A DNA stretch of 64,000 nucleotides from NCBI RefSeq assembly GCF_009914755.1, contig NC_060929.1; one strand, given 5' to 3'. Numbering within the stretch: position 1 is the first letter of the stretch; each line of letters begins with the position of its first letter. The DNA is from the human T2T-CHM13v2.0 reference genome, Homo sapiens. The notes beneath the pieces were generated by a model. The model worked only from the letters and a program-made list of their open reading frames with translations, was not told where the DNA came from and did no database searches. Position numbers and translations under genes: made by a program. Of the stretch, positions 31,958 to 46,296 are shown in pieces.

Positions 31958-33339
31958 TTAATTTATCTCTGTGCAATAGCATTCTGTTACCTTCCTCTTT
32001 AGCTGAATCCACAGATTTTTGTTCATTTAATTCTACTAATTCTTTGGTGCTAGTTACAATAGCTTATTCATATTTTATTAAGTTGGTACCACAAAAGCAC
32101 TTATATATATTTAGATTTTAGACTTTCAGGAAAATAACATCTAAATAACCTCTTAGTAAGTGAAATCATATATGACATTTGAGTTCTAAATATTCCAAAA
32201 ATCTAAATATAGGAAATGACTATGTCACAGTTTAAAGTTTTGACATATTTGGAGTTTATAGAAAACACCCTTGAAACTATTTATATATTAGTAGTTTGAG
32301 TTAGGAAGCCAGGAAATTGAATGCTTTCATGTGCCCTTGCTTGTACATACAGAAAAATATTTAAAGAAAAGTAAGTTGAGGGAAGGGGACTAGTCACTAG
32401 AAGTCCCTCAAGGATTGGAATAAATAACCTGCTGACAACGTGTATTTCCTTCTCATGCTCAGTTCCCTATGGGCAGGCAGGGAAATGTCTTAACGACTAA
32501 AAAGAGTTGGATATTTAACAAGATTTTTGGTTTTTATTTTCTTTCCCATTTAAAGACGACTGGCTAGGGAGAAATAGCCAAGAAAGATTTTTTATCTCCC
32601 TGATGTTGCATGAAAAACAAGAATTTGCTAGAGAAGCCTAAAGACAGTATTATAGAGATGAAAAACTATACCCTTATTTAGATTTACGCCTAATTTGTGG
32701 CTTCAACCATCAAATAGTTGTTTAAAGCAGAAAACAGCAGTGATGATCAGTCAAGAAAGTGGTACATACACCCAAGTGACTGTGGAGATGCCATTTTAAG
32801 CCTAAGGTGTAACCAGTGTTAGATTCACAATATCTGCAATAATAACGATACATACCAAAAAAAAAAAAAAATAGCAAACACCCTAGCTGCCTAGTTTTCT
32901 CTGTTTAAAAATCTTGCTCACTATTGCAGTCTGTCATATTTATACAGTTTACTGGTAAGTTTGTTGGCTTTGAAAGAAGCAAAATAGTGGTTTTTCATAT
33001 ACACTCATTTTCATATACTTCTTTCCATACACACCTGGAAAAATAACTTCTTGATTACACAGGCTCCAGTACCATCTAGTGATTACTCCTTTGAACTACG
33101 GAGAGATCCATAAAAGCATATGGCAAAGCATTCAGGACACCTCAATTATTTTTTACCTGACAAGGCTTCTTGTAAATATTTATTTAGATTTAGGGCAATA
33201 ATGTGCCTCAGAGATTAGGCAACCAGGTCTTTTTACTTTTCACCTAGTAGTTGGTCATGAGATCAATAGTTATTTTCTTATCACCTATCCATTAATTTAC
33301 ATAGAAATTTATGTAGATTTCATTTCCTACCACTCTCCA

Positions 33340-33775
33340 GCTGGTCATTCCATTGTAGCACACTGGCTTTCTTATTTTGTAAACATGCCAAATCCACTCC
33401 TCCACTTCTCCACTTCTCTTGCTGTTCCTTCTGCCTAGAATGGTCCTGCCTAGATAAACAAGTGGCTTGTGGCCTCAGTTCACTGAAGTCAGGCCTCAAC
33501 TGCCTCCTTAGTAAATCTATCCATTCTTAAACTCACCTGAAATGTCACTTCCTGCCCTGCATTCTCTGGCCCTTTTCCCTACTTTAATTTTCTTTCTTAG
33601 CAATTACTATCATCACAGATGTTTATTAGCTTATCATGTCTCTTCAGCCACAGAACACATGCTCCATGAGAACAGGGCCTTTGTCTTTTTTAATTTACTG
33701 CAAAATAATCAGTGCCAAGAACACTGCTTGGCACGCAGTAGTCAAAAAATATTTATTAAATGAATAAATAAATAC
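33340..33775 (+). mobile_element. L2 3' fragment (approximate)
   Basis: gctccatgagaacagggcc...cttggcacgcagtag...atttattaaatgaataaat L2 3' end. Confidence 0.7.
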
Positions 33776-34160
33776 ATAGTAGATATTAAAGTCATTCAAA
33801 CAAACACATCACAATGTTCTCATTTCTTGTCTCATTGAACACATGTTCAAATCTAATAAAGCTAGACAAGTTCTTAAAAGACAGACTTTTCTAAAAATCT
33901 GAGAAGATTTTTGTTTTGTTTCATCTTTCTTTTCTATCGATTTCTCTCTCTCAATTTCTCCACCCCACCTCCTTAAGATGAGCAACAAAAACCAAAATAT
34001 AGCTGAAAATTTGGGAACACATCTTTTCATCTTCTAAGATGTAATAATAGTATACAATGAAACATCAGGAAAGGAGTCAAAACAATTATTTAGTACCTTC
34101 TTCCCGAGAATGAAACTAACATTTGAAAAGATAACCGATAAACAATGATAACATTGCAAT

Positions 34161-34502
34161 TGATGTAGAACTTTGTTCCTTAGTTCAGCTAAAACCGGGT
34201 CCTTGTCACACAACCAGGAAAAGTTAGGCACGCAGACACACTGAAGGGTGAGGGGAATGGATTTATTGGGTGAAAAGGAAAAAAGAAAAAAAACCTCTCA
34301 GCAAAGCGAGAGGGGTTCCTGCTAACAGGCCCACATCTCACAGATTGATTCCAGGCCACGCACCCAAGAACTGAAGAGGCCAGGCTCCTCCCCACCTGCA
34401 AATGGCGTGAACATCCCCTGGCTTCACCCGGTTCTCCCAACGCACAGGCCAGTCAGAGATTCTCCAGGAACCCTTCCCCTCATCTTCCTCCTGCATCTAT
34501 CA
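34161..34502 (-). mobile_element. ERV1 solo LTR (MER61A-like)
   Basis: TG...CA termini, 4-bp TSD CAAT (34157-34160, 34503-34506), minus-strand AATAAA at 34262-34267; family name from memory. Confidence 0.85.
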
Positions 34503-34520
34503 CAATTAAATGTAGTTTAC

Positions 34521-34614
34521 CTTTGGTATGCATTTGCTGCTTCCTTTTTCAGTTGTAGATGTTCGTTTAAGTAACCCAACATTGTGAAAGCTGGGGCATA
34601 ATTCTGAATTCTTT
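34521..34614 (-). CDS. SKIC3: SKIC3 exon 29, 94 nt, [31 protein letters not shown](R)
   Basis: ttctag acceptor, AG|gtaaac donor, phase 1-2. Confidence 0.95.
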
Positions 34615-35117
34615 CTAGAAAATGAGAAATATCTTCATTTTAAATATGCCTACTGATGGTATTAACAAAATATTCGTTTTATTTTTTCAGTATCTTAAAT
34701 ATCAGATTACCTCTTGAGATCACTCACACTGTTAAGAATAGTGGCCTGATTTTATCTTGAATATAATGTCAGTAAAAACTTTATTAACTCTAATTACTGA
34801 ATAATGTTTAATAGTTATATTTGATTTTTAGTTGTATTTTAGAATTTAAACATTTTATGCCCAAAGGTATAATAACTTGAAATTATAGTTCTTGTTAAAA
34901 CCAGTCATGAGATTTATAAAGATATTCAGTTCTTTGGCTAATTACTTAAGCCTTCCTGTGATTAAATTTAGCAATAATTTCTCTTGGCGGTTCTGTTCCA
35001 ACATGTACGTATTTAAAAAAAATAACAAAGTCAGTATTGTACACTAGAAACAGAAGGTAAGTTTGGTACTTTCGGTGCAGTATTTTGAAATTTTAATGTC
35101 AAAAAACATAATGTATC

Positions 35118-35809
35118 TGAAACCACCATTTCAAAATTATAACTGAGACAGTGACAGAAATCCAACCTAACTCCATCTTGCTTCTAACCTCCATGCTGTC
35201 CTCGTTCATTCCTGGGCGCAGGCTAAACTAACTTTGGGAGGAACTTGGTTTATAGTTTATAGTTTGAAACAAAGATGACAACAGCCCTTTCCCAAAACAA
35301 ACCCCCTTCTTGCCTAGCGACTAGACCTGCCTTTGCAGGACTACTGAATTAGTCAAAAGATTAATTATGGTTTAGGAGTCATACAGCTGGAGGCTACAAG
35401 ATTCTGACCCTCCCCAAATTGTTCCTGGGGATAACATCACTATTCAGAGCCTGCACTTGATGGATCAGCTGGCATCACCCAGATTGATAAACTGGCTCAT
35501 CTGATCTTGTGGCCCCCACCTAGGAACTGACTGCGCAAGAAGACAGCTTCAACTCCCTATGATTTCATCTCCAACCCAACTAATCAGCACTCCCTACTCA
35601 CTGCCTGCCCACCACCATCCACCAAATTATTCTTAAAAATGCTGATCCCCAAATGCTTGTTCGGGGAGACTGATTTCGGTAATAATAAAACTCTAGTCCT
35701 CCACACAGCCGGCTCTGCATGAATTACTCTTTTTCTATTGCAATTCCCCTGTCTTGATATATTGGCTCTGTCTAGGCAGCGGGCAAAGTGAACCCATTGG
35801 GTGATTACC
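35118..35809 (+). mobile_element. ERV1 solo LTR (LTR8-like)
   Basis: TGAAACCACCATTTCAAAATTATAACTGAGACAGTG start, AATAAA near 35684, 4-bp TSD TATC (35114-35117, 35810-35813). Confidence 0.88.
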
Positions 35810-36055
35810 TATCTATGAAGGTAAAATGTAGAAAAAGAAATGTATCTGATCTAATGTACTTAAAAGTAGTAGTGGAAAGTAAGCCTTCAAATCCTTTAGA
35901 TTATTTAACAAAGTACACTGTAACCATATCTTTTGTGATTGCTAGGTTCTAAGATCAACAACTAAGGTTAAAATCAAATAGTCAAAGTTATTCTTGAAAA
36001 ATCCTTAAAGTCACAAAAGAAAGAGTCAACAAAATTGAGTCATAATAAGCATGAG

Positions 36056-36362
36056 GGCCAGGCACAGTGGCTCACGCCTGTAATCCCAACACTTTGGGAG
36101 TCCGAGGCGGGTGGATCACCAGGTCAGGAGATTGAGACCATCCTGGCTAATACGGTGAAACCCCACCTCTACTAAAAATACAAAAAATTAGCCGGGCGTG
36201 GTGGCACACACCTGTAACGCCTACCTGCTAATCGGAAGGCTAAGGCAAGAGAATGGCTTAAACCTGGGAGGTGAAGTTGCAGTGAGCCGAGATTGCGCCA
36301 CTGCACTCTAGCCTGGGTGACAGAGCGAGACTCCGTCTCAAAAAATAAATAAATAAATACAA
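36056..36362 (+). mobile_element. Alu (AluSc/Y-like)
   Basis: Full dimer, (AAAT)n tail, TSD AATAAGCATGAG. Confidence 0.92.
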
Positions 36363-37132
36363 AATAAGCATGAGGAGATCCATGCCTTCACATGCCACAC
36401 CCACCCTAAGGCAAACCCCCGCAAGTGCTGATGTTTGTAAATTAATTGCCTAGTCTAGTGCCTCAGGCTAAATGCATGCAGAGTGCCACAATCCCCACAA
36501 TATCTACAGTGAGGCATTTTCTCTCCTGTTTTTCACAATTTATCTGATTCTTTATATTATTTGACTGCCAATATTTACTGTTTTCAGTACTCTTGCTTAA
36601 ACTCCTTGCTTCTTTATTAGCATTTTGTCAAAAGTTAATGAAACTAACATTTCTTGAGCATCTAGGATATGCCAGGCACCCTGCATAACATTTTGTACAA
36701 ATCATCTTGTTTAAACACTAAGCAATAAACACTTTCCTGTTGAGAATTTTGGTAGCATGCCCAAGGTTTCAGTCAAGGCTACTAAGTGGTGGAGCAGAGA
36801 TTAAAACCCAATGGTAGTTTTATTTAAAAAGACGGAATTATTACAACAGATGGTTAATAAAATTTCACCACTCTGTCAACTTCCTAAACCTAAATGTATC
36901 TTTCCAATATCTTCAAGAAAAATCAGGTGTTAAGTGGGGAAGCTAAAGGCACTGGGTTTGGCACTTCATTTATATTATCTCATCTAGTTCTCACAACTCT
37001 ACAATCCAGGTATTGTTATATCCACTATCCAGGGAGTAAACAGAAGTTAAGGGTGGTAAAACACTTGGCCTAAGACTGCAGAGAAAGTTAAAGGCAAAGC
37101 GAGAACAGCAGCAACTGTTCTAGTGTATAGCG

Positions 37133-37175
37133 TATAGTGGAGAGTGTATTAAAGCCTAATACACTCTCCACTATA
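37133..37175. repeat. Perfect 19-bp inverted repeat with 5-nt loop
   Basis: TATAGTGGAGAGTGTATTA-aagcc-TAATACACTCTCCACTATA. Confidence 0.97.
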
Positions 37176-37386
37176 ACAAGGAAATTACTTTTTTCTTGCA
37201 TCATTAGGTAACAATTTTTATCTTTCTTCAAAAGCCTTTATTAAAGTTTACAAAGTAAAGACTGCTTCGCTGTTGCAAAAAGAAGGCAAATTCATGTCTT
37301 AAAGAATACCAATATTTAATTTGACATGAATTAATTTTAAAAATTATTTAAATTATTTCAATAGTTGCTCAAATATCTTGCTATTA

Positions 37387-37599
<213 letters not shown>

Positions 37600-38132
37600 T
37601 TATAATAAGAAGTAAAACAATGCACTTCAATACAATAAATATCACATCTCAGTGTTCTTTAAGTCAATTGTTAAAAGTACCTTTAAATGAAGGGTCACTA
37701 TGATAAAACACAGCGAAGAACATATTGAAATTATTTGCTCCAATCCTAACGAGAAGAATCAAACGGGATAAAATGCAGAAAACAGAGCCTTGCCTGATGG
37801 GCTGGCTTTCCCTTCCTCAGCACCATTGCCAAAGGTCAGACCAAAAAAAAAAATGAATTCTACAACATTTTCATAAATAATCTAGAAATGTCTACCATGC
37901 CTACTCCTTATCTCATGTCTATCTTTTTCCTAGAGTCTCAGTTTCTATTCTATTAATATATGACTGCTACTATATCTATTAAATCTAAACATCATTTCTT
38001 CACCAGCTCTTGAAAGTTGTAGAAAAAAGAAAAATGGTAGTTCTTTAATTCGAGAAAACTAATCTGTTTCTAAGAAAGAATAAAGAATAAAAACAACTGA
38101 TGTCATTAACATCTAATACCACTATCTATTCA

Positions 38133-38419
38133 TTTTCTTTTTCCTTTTCTTAGAGACAGAATCTTGCTCTGTTGCCCAGGCTGGAGTGCAATGGCATGAT
38201 CATAGCTCACTGTATCCTGAAACTCCAGGACTCAATCCTCCTGCCTCAGCCTCCTGAGTAGCTAGGACTACAGGTATACACCATCATACCTGGCTAATTT
38301 TTAATTTTTTTTTTTAAGAGACAGGGTCTTGCTATATTGTCCAGGCTGGCCTCAAGCAATCCTCCTGCCTTGGCATCCCAAATCACTGGGATTACAGGCA
38401 TAAGCCACTATGCCTAGCC
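38133..38419 (-). mobile_element. AluJ-like element
   Basis: Degenerate dimer; TSD ca(c/a)tatctattcatt. Confidence 0.88.
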
Positions 38420-38497
38420 CAATATCTATTCATTCCCTTAACAAGGATAACACTTTTCTCATTAATGAATCCTCAAGAAGAATGTTCAGATTCTTAC

Positions 38498-38572
38498 ATG
38501 CATATTTAGTTCTGTAGTGTGCCTGAAGAGATCCATGGTGTCATAACTTCCAACTGCCTCAGCAATAAGAGC
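38498..38572 (-). CDS. SKIC3: SKIC3 exon 27, 75 nt, ALIAEAVGSYDTMDLFRHTTELNMH
   Basis: ttatag acceptor, CAT|gtaaga donor, phase 0-0. Confidence 0.95.
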
Positions 38573-39489
38573 CTATAAAAGGAAAAAAACAGACTCTTAA
38601 TGTGTTTAAAAGACAGTAACAATAATAATACAAAATGAAACTGTCTAGAAGAACCAAAGGTTTACTAGCTGAGCTTAAAAGCAAAGTTAACCTAAGTTTT
38701 TCACTTCTATTGTTATTATTTTAACTAAATCTTCCAGTTACCTGCTAAAATAAATTATTTTTAAAACCAAAAATACTTTTAAAATAAAAATTAAAAAGTG
38801 ATTCTGATAATCATCTAAGATCTACTGAGCTAGAGCAGTACTACGCGAAGTGAGGTCCCTTGGACCAGCCTCATAATCATCACTTGGGAGCAGTTAGAAT
38901 GCAAATTCTTGGACTCCCTGGGTTCAATGGCTGACACAGAGGCTAGCACAGTAACGCCACTGCTCCCAAATGCTACCACAGTGAATGGGAACAGGAGTTT
39001 GCCTTTCTAGCTCTGCTTGCTTCACCAATTAACTAGAATTAGGCCCAAGAGTCTAAAATACAACAAAAGATCTCTAAACCCTGATTAATAATTTTCTGAT
39101 AAGCAACTGACTGCTTACTAATTCATTATAATTTCTCAACCAGGCAAGAACTTCGAGGCCACTCAGTCTAATCCCCTTCTTTTTCAGGTGAGAAAATTAA
39201 AATCCAGAAAAGTGATATGCTAAGGTAAAAAAAGAAAAAAAAATCAGTAGGTAACAGACTCAGACTAGTAACAAAATATCCTGATTCCTATTTGGCAGTA
39301 CAAAAATCTGAATTTGGGGGAGGAAAGAACACTCATAAACAAGTGACAAACCAAATATGAAGATTTTACAGAAACATAATATTCAAAATGATCTTTGTAA
39401 ATGTGCATTTTCTTTGTACATGTGAGTTAAACAATAGAGTTCTGGGTTTATTTTTTAGGCACAGTAATGTCAGACTGGTAAGTGTTCAA

Positions 39490-39720
39490 AGGCCCCCCAA
39501 GTCAGAGTTAAATCCTTACAAGCTACGTGGCCTTAGGAATGACACTTAGGAGCTCTGAGTTTCTATTTCCACAACTATAAAGAGAGTATAACATCAACCA
39601 TATCTCAAAGAATTGATGATTGATAGATTAACTGAAATAGTGTATACAAAGAGCTAAGCACAGTGACTGGCACAAAGTAAGCCCTCAAATGCTATCCGTT
39701 ACCATTATTATCACTGTTAT
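39490..39720 (+). mobile_element. MIR SINE (approximate)
   Basis: ctctgagtttctatttccacaactataaag...agcacagtgactggcacaaagtaagccctcaaatg. Confidence 0.65.
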
Positions 39721-39757
39721 GCATATTAGTCAGTTATTGATATCAACAAGCTTATTA

Positions 39758-39850
<93 letters not shown>

Positions 39851-41279
39851 CTAGGAAAAAAAGGCAAAAAATATTACAGCAAGTCATTTTATAAACTTAT
39901 TAAACCGCTTATGTTTAAAAAGCATAAAATAAGTCAAACCTCTCATCATAAATATGTATGAACATAAAATTTCACTGTTTAAGCATAATTAGCAATGCTT
40001 AAAGCAGTGTTTTAACTACACAGTTCTGGAACACTCCTGGGTGCAACAGATTTCTCCCCAGGTTAGGAGTTCTGAACCCTAGCAAAAAAGGGTTCTACCT
40101 TGTCATCTGCAGAACTTTTAACCAACCAATCATCCATCCATTAGATAGCCATAGGTTTGAAGGCAATGATTAAATAAGGCTATCTATTCCCCTTTTAGCT
40201 TAACTGGGAGGATAAGAACTCACAACCAATGAAGTCCTAACCAATGAAGTCCTAGACATGTGTATACCTGCTACCAGAGAAGGAGTGATCAACAACATAA
40301 TTCTGCATTAAGCAATCAGGAAACTTCAAAAATATCTAATTTGGACACATTAACTTGGATGCTTTTTTTTCTGCTACAAAAAATAACTTTTTATTACATA
40401 CTGCTTTATACTATTTTCTCAACAATCTATGTATGGCAGGAAACAGTCTTATTTTTCCTATTTTTAAAAAGTAAGCTCATGGGCAAAAACTATCCCATGC
40501 TACAATAAAACCACATCCATAGCTTATTAAGACATTGTTTTATTTAAATTAAAAAAAGTTCACGTATTTTAAAATCCAAATTAATATTTTCTTCAATCTA
40601 TTTACAATTTTCTAAATCCAGTCTTTTTTGCAGGGACTTAATGTATCCTTGAGAATATTGAGAAAGCTTTTTGGGATGAGATTCAATATACCAGCTGAAA
40701 CACAAAACAGTTCAGACATGGTATTACCTATAGATTTATGGAAACTTTCCAAACATGACCTATAAACATACTCCCAGTCACTTTAGTTCTAATTGCCTAA
40801 TGTATAATTGCTCAAGTATGACAAATTACACTTGCTATTTAAAGAGATTAATATCTACTAAAGCCAAAATGTAAAGCATCCAAGAAAGGTTAAATTTAAG
40901 CTGCTAGAGAGTACTAACTGTCTCCCTTGTGCTCATCCACTCCACCTCCAACACTATCTACATAGGACTTCTCTTACATGTGTACAGATTTAAAAAAATG
41001 CTGAATTGATTCAGAATCGAACTGTTTTAATCTCTAAATGAAAAACCAACATAATCACAAAACCAGAAGTTTCTTGAAGGTCATAAAAAGGAAAATAAAT
41101 CTTACACATTAATTATTCGACATAAATTGAATATCATCAATTAACTAGCATACTGGAGAGCATACTGGCTAGATAACGATGTGCAAAAACATTTCTCCAC
41201 AAGAAGCTGAGCTATTGAGGAGACAATAATATAGAAAACATTCTTTGTTTTAAATATGACAGACAGGCAACATATTTAC

Positions 41280-41336
41280 CTCAATGTTTTCATTTGTGAG
41301 GTATAACACTCCCAAGTTGGTCCATGCAACAGCATT
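41280..41336 (-). CDS. SKIC3: SKIC3 exon 25, 57 nt, NAVAWTNLGVLYLTNENIE
   Basis: ttttag acceptor, GAG|gtaaat donor, phase 0-0. Confidence 0.95.
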
Positions 41337-41394
41337 CTAAAAAACATAACATTTTTTTTCTTAAAATAGGCCCCTTGTCTAGTTGAAAGTCTCA

Positions 41395-41583
<189 letters not shown>

Positions 41584-41590
41584 TTACTCA

Positions 41591-41698
<108 letters not shown>

Positions 41699-41842
41699 TT
41701 AATTTTTATTTCTTGGAATAGCAGCATGTATATCAAGATATATGTGGTTTTATGTGAAAACACTATTTACTTCATCCAAAACAACTTCGAGAAAAGCATT
41801 ATGTTTTTGAAAAGGTTTATAAAAAATTTATTTATACCATAC

Positions 41843-41987
41843 ATGTAAAGATTTCTCCAGCAACTCCTTAAGATCATTCATGTTGCTGCCTGTTTCTGCT
41901 AGATGTTGTGCTTGGCGATAATAATTAATTCCAAGGTCACACCATGTATTAGATGTAGACATCAGTTTTAATGCACGACCATAACAC
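41843..41987 (-). CDS. SKIC3: SKIC3 exon 22, 145 nt, [23 protein letters not shown]...LEKSLH
   Basis: ccgtag acceptor, CAT|gtatgg donor, phase 2-0. Confidence 0.94.
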
Positions 41988-42071
41988 CTACGGGAATATA
42001 AAAGTGAATGTTTTTTGTTACAATGCCTTAATTCAATTCAAATGTTATTAACTGGCAATCTTTGCAAATTA

Positions 42072-42284
<213 letters not shown>

Positions 42285-42677
42285 TTATAAAAAGCATGAA
42301 GTTTATCTCCCTGATTATTACTTAAAACAGAAAAACTGTACATTAAGTACTTTACTAGTCTCCTCCTAACTGAATCATATCATATCACCTCCCTAATAGG
42401 AAGGGAAGAAGAAAAGGAGAAAGGGAAGGAGGAAGGGATTACTTTAAGTGCCAGAAATTTTGTGGACACTTTTTTTTGTTACTCTTCACCATTTTTATTA
42501 GAAGTAGCAGCAATCACGCAAATAAATAAATAAGTTTTCCAGGACCAATTTCCTTTTAATATTAAAATGTTAAAACTATGCTTTTTGTGTTTAAGCAATG
42601 ACCAAGGCAGTAAAGTTTGTAACTCTCTTACAACTGACAGTTGTAAACTCAGGTTTTTGCTTTTAGATCTTCTCTCA

Positions 42678-43052
42678 TGCTGTGTAGTTTTGACTACATC
42701 CCCACAAAGCTCATGAGTTGGGAACTCAATCTCCAGGACAACAATGTTGAGAAGTAGGACCTTTAAGAGGTGATGATGTCATGAGGGCTCTGCCTCCCTA
42801 AATGGATTAATACTGTTATTGTAGGAATGGGTTAGTTGTCACAGGAGTCAGCTCCTGATAAAAGGGTAGGTTCAGTCCCATTTTTTTTCTCTTGCATTCT
42901 GCCCTTCTGCCATAGGATGACCCTCACCAAGATGCCAGCACCATGCTCCTGGACTTATCAGCCTCCAGAACCAAGTCAAATAAACTTCTGTTCTTTGTAA
43001 ATTAACCAGTCCATGGTATTCTGTTATGGCAGCAAAAAATTGATGAAGACAC
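42678..43052 (+). mobile_element. MaLR LTR (MSTB/C/D-like, approximate)
   Basis: gacctttaagaggtgatga...cagcctccagaac...aataaacttctgttctttgtaaatta MaLR motifs. Confidence 0.75.
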
Positions 43053-43104
43053 CTCAAATAAAATATACCAAATATATTTGGTAAGATCTGAAAGATTTTT
43101 GTAA

Positions 43105-44000
43105 ATTTTATTTTTTAATTGGCATAACTATATATATTGATGAGGTACAGAGATGTTTTGATACATATAATGTATTGTGATCAGATCAGGGTAATTAGCA
43201 TATTAATCATCTCAAACATTTATAATTTCTTTGTGTTAGGAATGTTCACTATCCTCCTTCTAGCTATTTGAAACTATATATTATTGTTAACTACAGTCAT
43301 CCTACAATGCTACAGAACACTAGAACTTATTCCTCCTATCTAGCGTAATTTTGTGTCCTTTAACAAGTATTACCCATATATCCTTTCCCCCTACCCTTCC
43401 CAGCTTCTAGTATCCTCTGTTCTACTTTTTACTTCTATGAGATCAATTTTTTTTTTTAGCTTCCACATATGAGTAAGCACATATGGTGGTTAACTTTCTG
43501 TTCCTGGCTTATTTCACTTAACATAATGTCCTCCAGTTCTATCCAAATTGCCTTAAATGATAGCATTTCATTCTTTTTTATGGCTGAATAGTATTCCATT
43601 GCATATAAATACCACATTTTCTTTATCCATTCATCTGTTGTTGAATATCTAGGTTGATTCCATATCTCGACTATTGTGAATAGTGCTGCAATAAACATGA
43701 GGGTACAGATGTCTCTTTGATATAATGATTTTCTTTCCTTTGGATAAGTTCCCAGTGGTGGGGTTGCTGGATCATACGGTAGTTCTATTTGCAGTTTTTT
43801 GAGAAAACTCCATACTGTTCTCCACAGTGGCTACACTAGTTTGCATTCCCATAAACCATATAAGAGTTCTCTCTTCTCCACATCCTTGCCAGCCTTTATT
43901 TTTTGTCTTTTGAATAACAGACATCCTAACTGGGGTGACATGATACCTTACTGTGGTTTTGATTTGCATTTTCCTGATGATTGGTGATGTTGAACATTAA
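43105..44000 (-). mobile_element. L1MA-like 3' end fragment
   Basis: ORFs 43456..43698 and 43772..43969 translate to the L1 ORF2p C-terminus (MFIAALFTI...WIKKMWYLY; [10 protein letters not shown]). Confidence 0.9.
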
Positions 44001-45528
44001 TACCCTGAGACCAAAAAAAAAAAACAAAAATCTAAACATAAAAATCTGAAGAACTACATTTACCGAAACAAGAGCAGACTGAATGAACAAGCTCAAAAAG
44101 CAAAGAGAAATATTAATTATGGTGACAGAGGGCAATTCCTTTTAGAATGAGAAAAACTTCAGCTATACATTTTTCTTCATTTTTCTCTTCTCGAGATCTT
44201 ATAAATAACACATGGCAATTTCATTTAAGCCAAGTCTCAATAATCAGCTATCACAAGCTGCTATGTTACTGGCAGATGGAAAAGCAGATGGAACATTTTT
44301 CATAGCCTTTTCTACTCATGGAGTCCAGCCAAAAATAATTTTCCAATGTCTTCCTAAGAAATAATATTAATTATTGTGGTCATAACTAAAAGCCCACTGA
44401 GAATCTGAAAGAAGGGCAATATGATTTGGAGTTCCTTTGCCTAAATACCTTAGCAAAATTTCTAAAATTGACAGCAAAAAATGAGAAGAGAGGAAAAAAG
44501 TGAAACAGGCGATTTTAAGAGCCTAAATTCTTATTTTGAGTTCAATAAAAATAAAATATCTATAAATTGAAGTAACTTATATCACCCTTACACAATAATT
44601 GTGATAGTATTAACGCCTTGTAAGTCTGGAAGTAAATATACATTTGGAGATTATAATTGTTTTATATGCCACCTTCTAATGGGTTATGTTACATGTTATC
44701 CAGAATAACATTTCCTAGGCTCAGAGAGGCAGTATTTATAGCTAAGGTACTGTCACCCAAAGGTTCACATTTACTCTTAAATAGCAGTTCAAATAAAGCA
44801 TGCCCTTTACACAGTAACTTTCCCTTTAGAAAGAACTACATTATGTGAGACTTGAAAAGTAGCAATAAAATTCAGTGAGATAAAAAAGGGTTAGGTTTTC
44901 ATTTCATATTTGGTTCATATGAAAAGCAATTCTGGAACAACCAATAAATACAAAACAGAGGAGAAACCAAGCAGGAAAAGAGGGGAAGTAGAAGAAAGAT
45001 GTTTAAGAGTTACAAAAAATTCAAATGTACATCTAACTTGTGGACTTTTGGAAGTCTTCTACCACAGATAACACTTTTTCTGACCTAACCAATGAATTCA
45101 CAGTTCTATAAAATGCCAAATCTACTCAAAATTTTCTGATTCCTTTCTTGTTATTAGACACATCACTTTTTTCCTTCACAGTTTCTCCTCAGGAGCAATC
45201 AGATTGTCATTTCCCCTTACCTTCAAGACCTACTAATAATCCTACAATTGGCTCTTACCACTGAATGTACAGCATATTGAGCACCTGAAGCCCTATTTCC
45301 CAATCGGTTCCAATTAAAGATACTCATTTCCAGGCCTACTGAAAGAGAACACTAACACATGGTGTCAGAGCTGCTGTTCCACTAGCAGACTGCTCCTTCC
45401 TTCCTATTCTTTCCTATGCATCTAGGATGCCAGCCACTACTAAGAGCAGAAGAAATTATATCTGTTTCCCCAAGTGCAAAATTAATACAACATGTATGTT
45501 ATAGAATTGGCTTGTCTGTTATTCTTTA

Positions 45529-45765
<237 letters not shown>

Positions 45766-46296
45766 TCACTGTTATTAAAACATATAAAATAAACACTTAA
45801 AATGAACTTCAAATAAAGTTATTGGTGTTATTTTAAAGCACTTTCCAGAAAATAAAACTTAACGGTGTGTTATAAAATTATCTTAAAGCATGATCCTACA
45901 TTCACTCAATAAGAAATTCAAATGGAAGAATTCTGTTGGAGTAAACATGCACTAGAAGTTATAAAAAAGTTATCTACAGAACCCAAGAATTTCCTTGACT
46001 TTGGGCAAGTTACTTACCTGCTAAAACTTTGGCTACAAAAAATGTGGATATTATCTATATGTTACTCTCCATGATATTACTACTTATTAACTATTGTGAA
46101 ACAAGATATGATCTTTTTATATTAAAATCTGTATAGCAAGCTATACTATAAGAATTAAATGAAATAGTGATTACCTAAAGTTCCTAGTAAAGATTTCTTA
46201 AATGTGAGTTCTCCTTCTCTTGAGGAAAGAGTTTTACAAAATTAAAAAAAAAGTTTCAAGCCCTAAGTTATATGTCATATACAATATACTATTTAT

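Noticed and set aside
40224-40253. 15-nt tandem duplication giving two CCAAT boxes
   Set aside because: No CpG island or other promoter context; ordinary slippage duplication.
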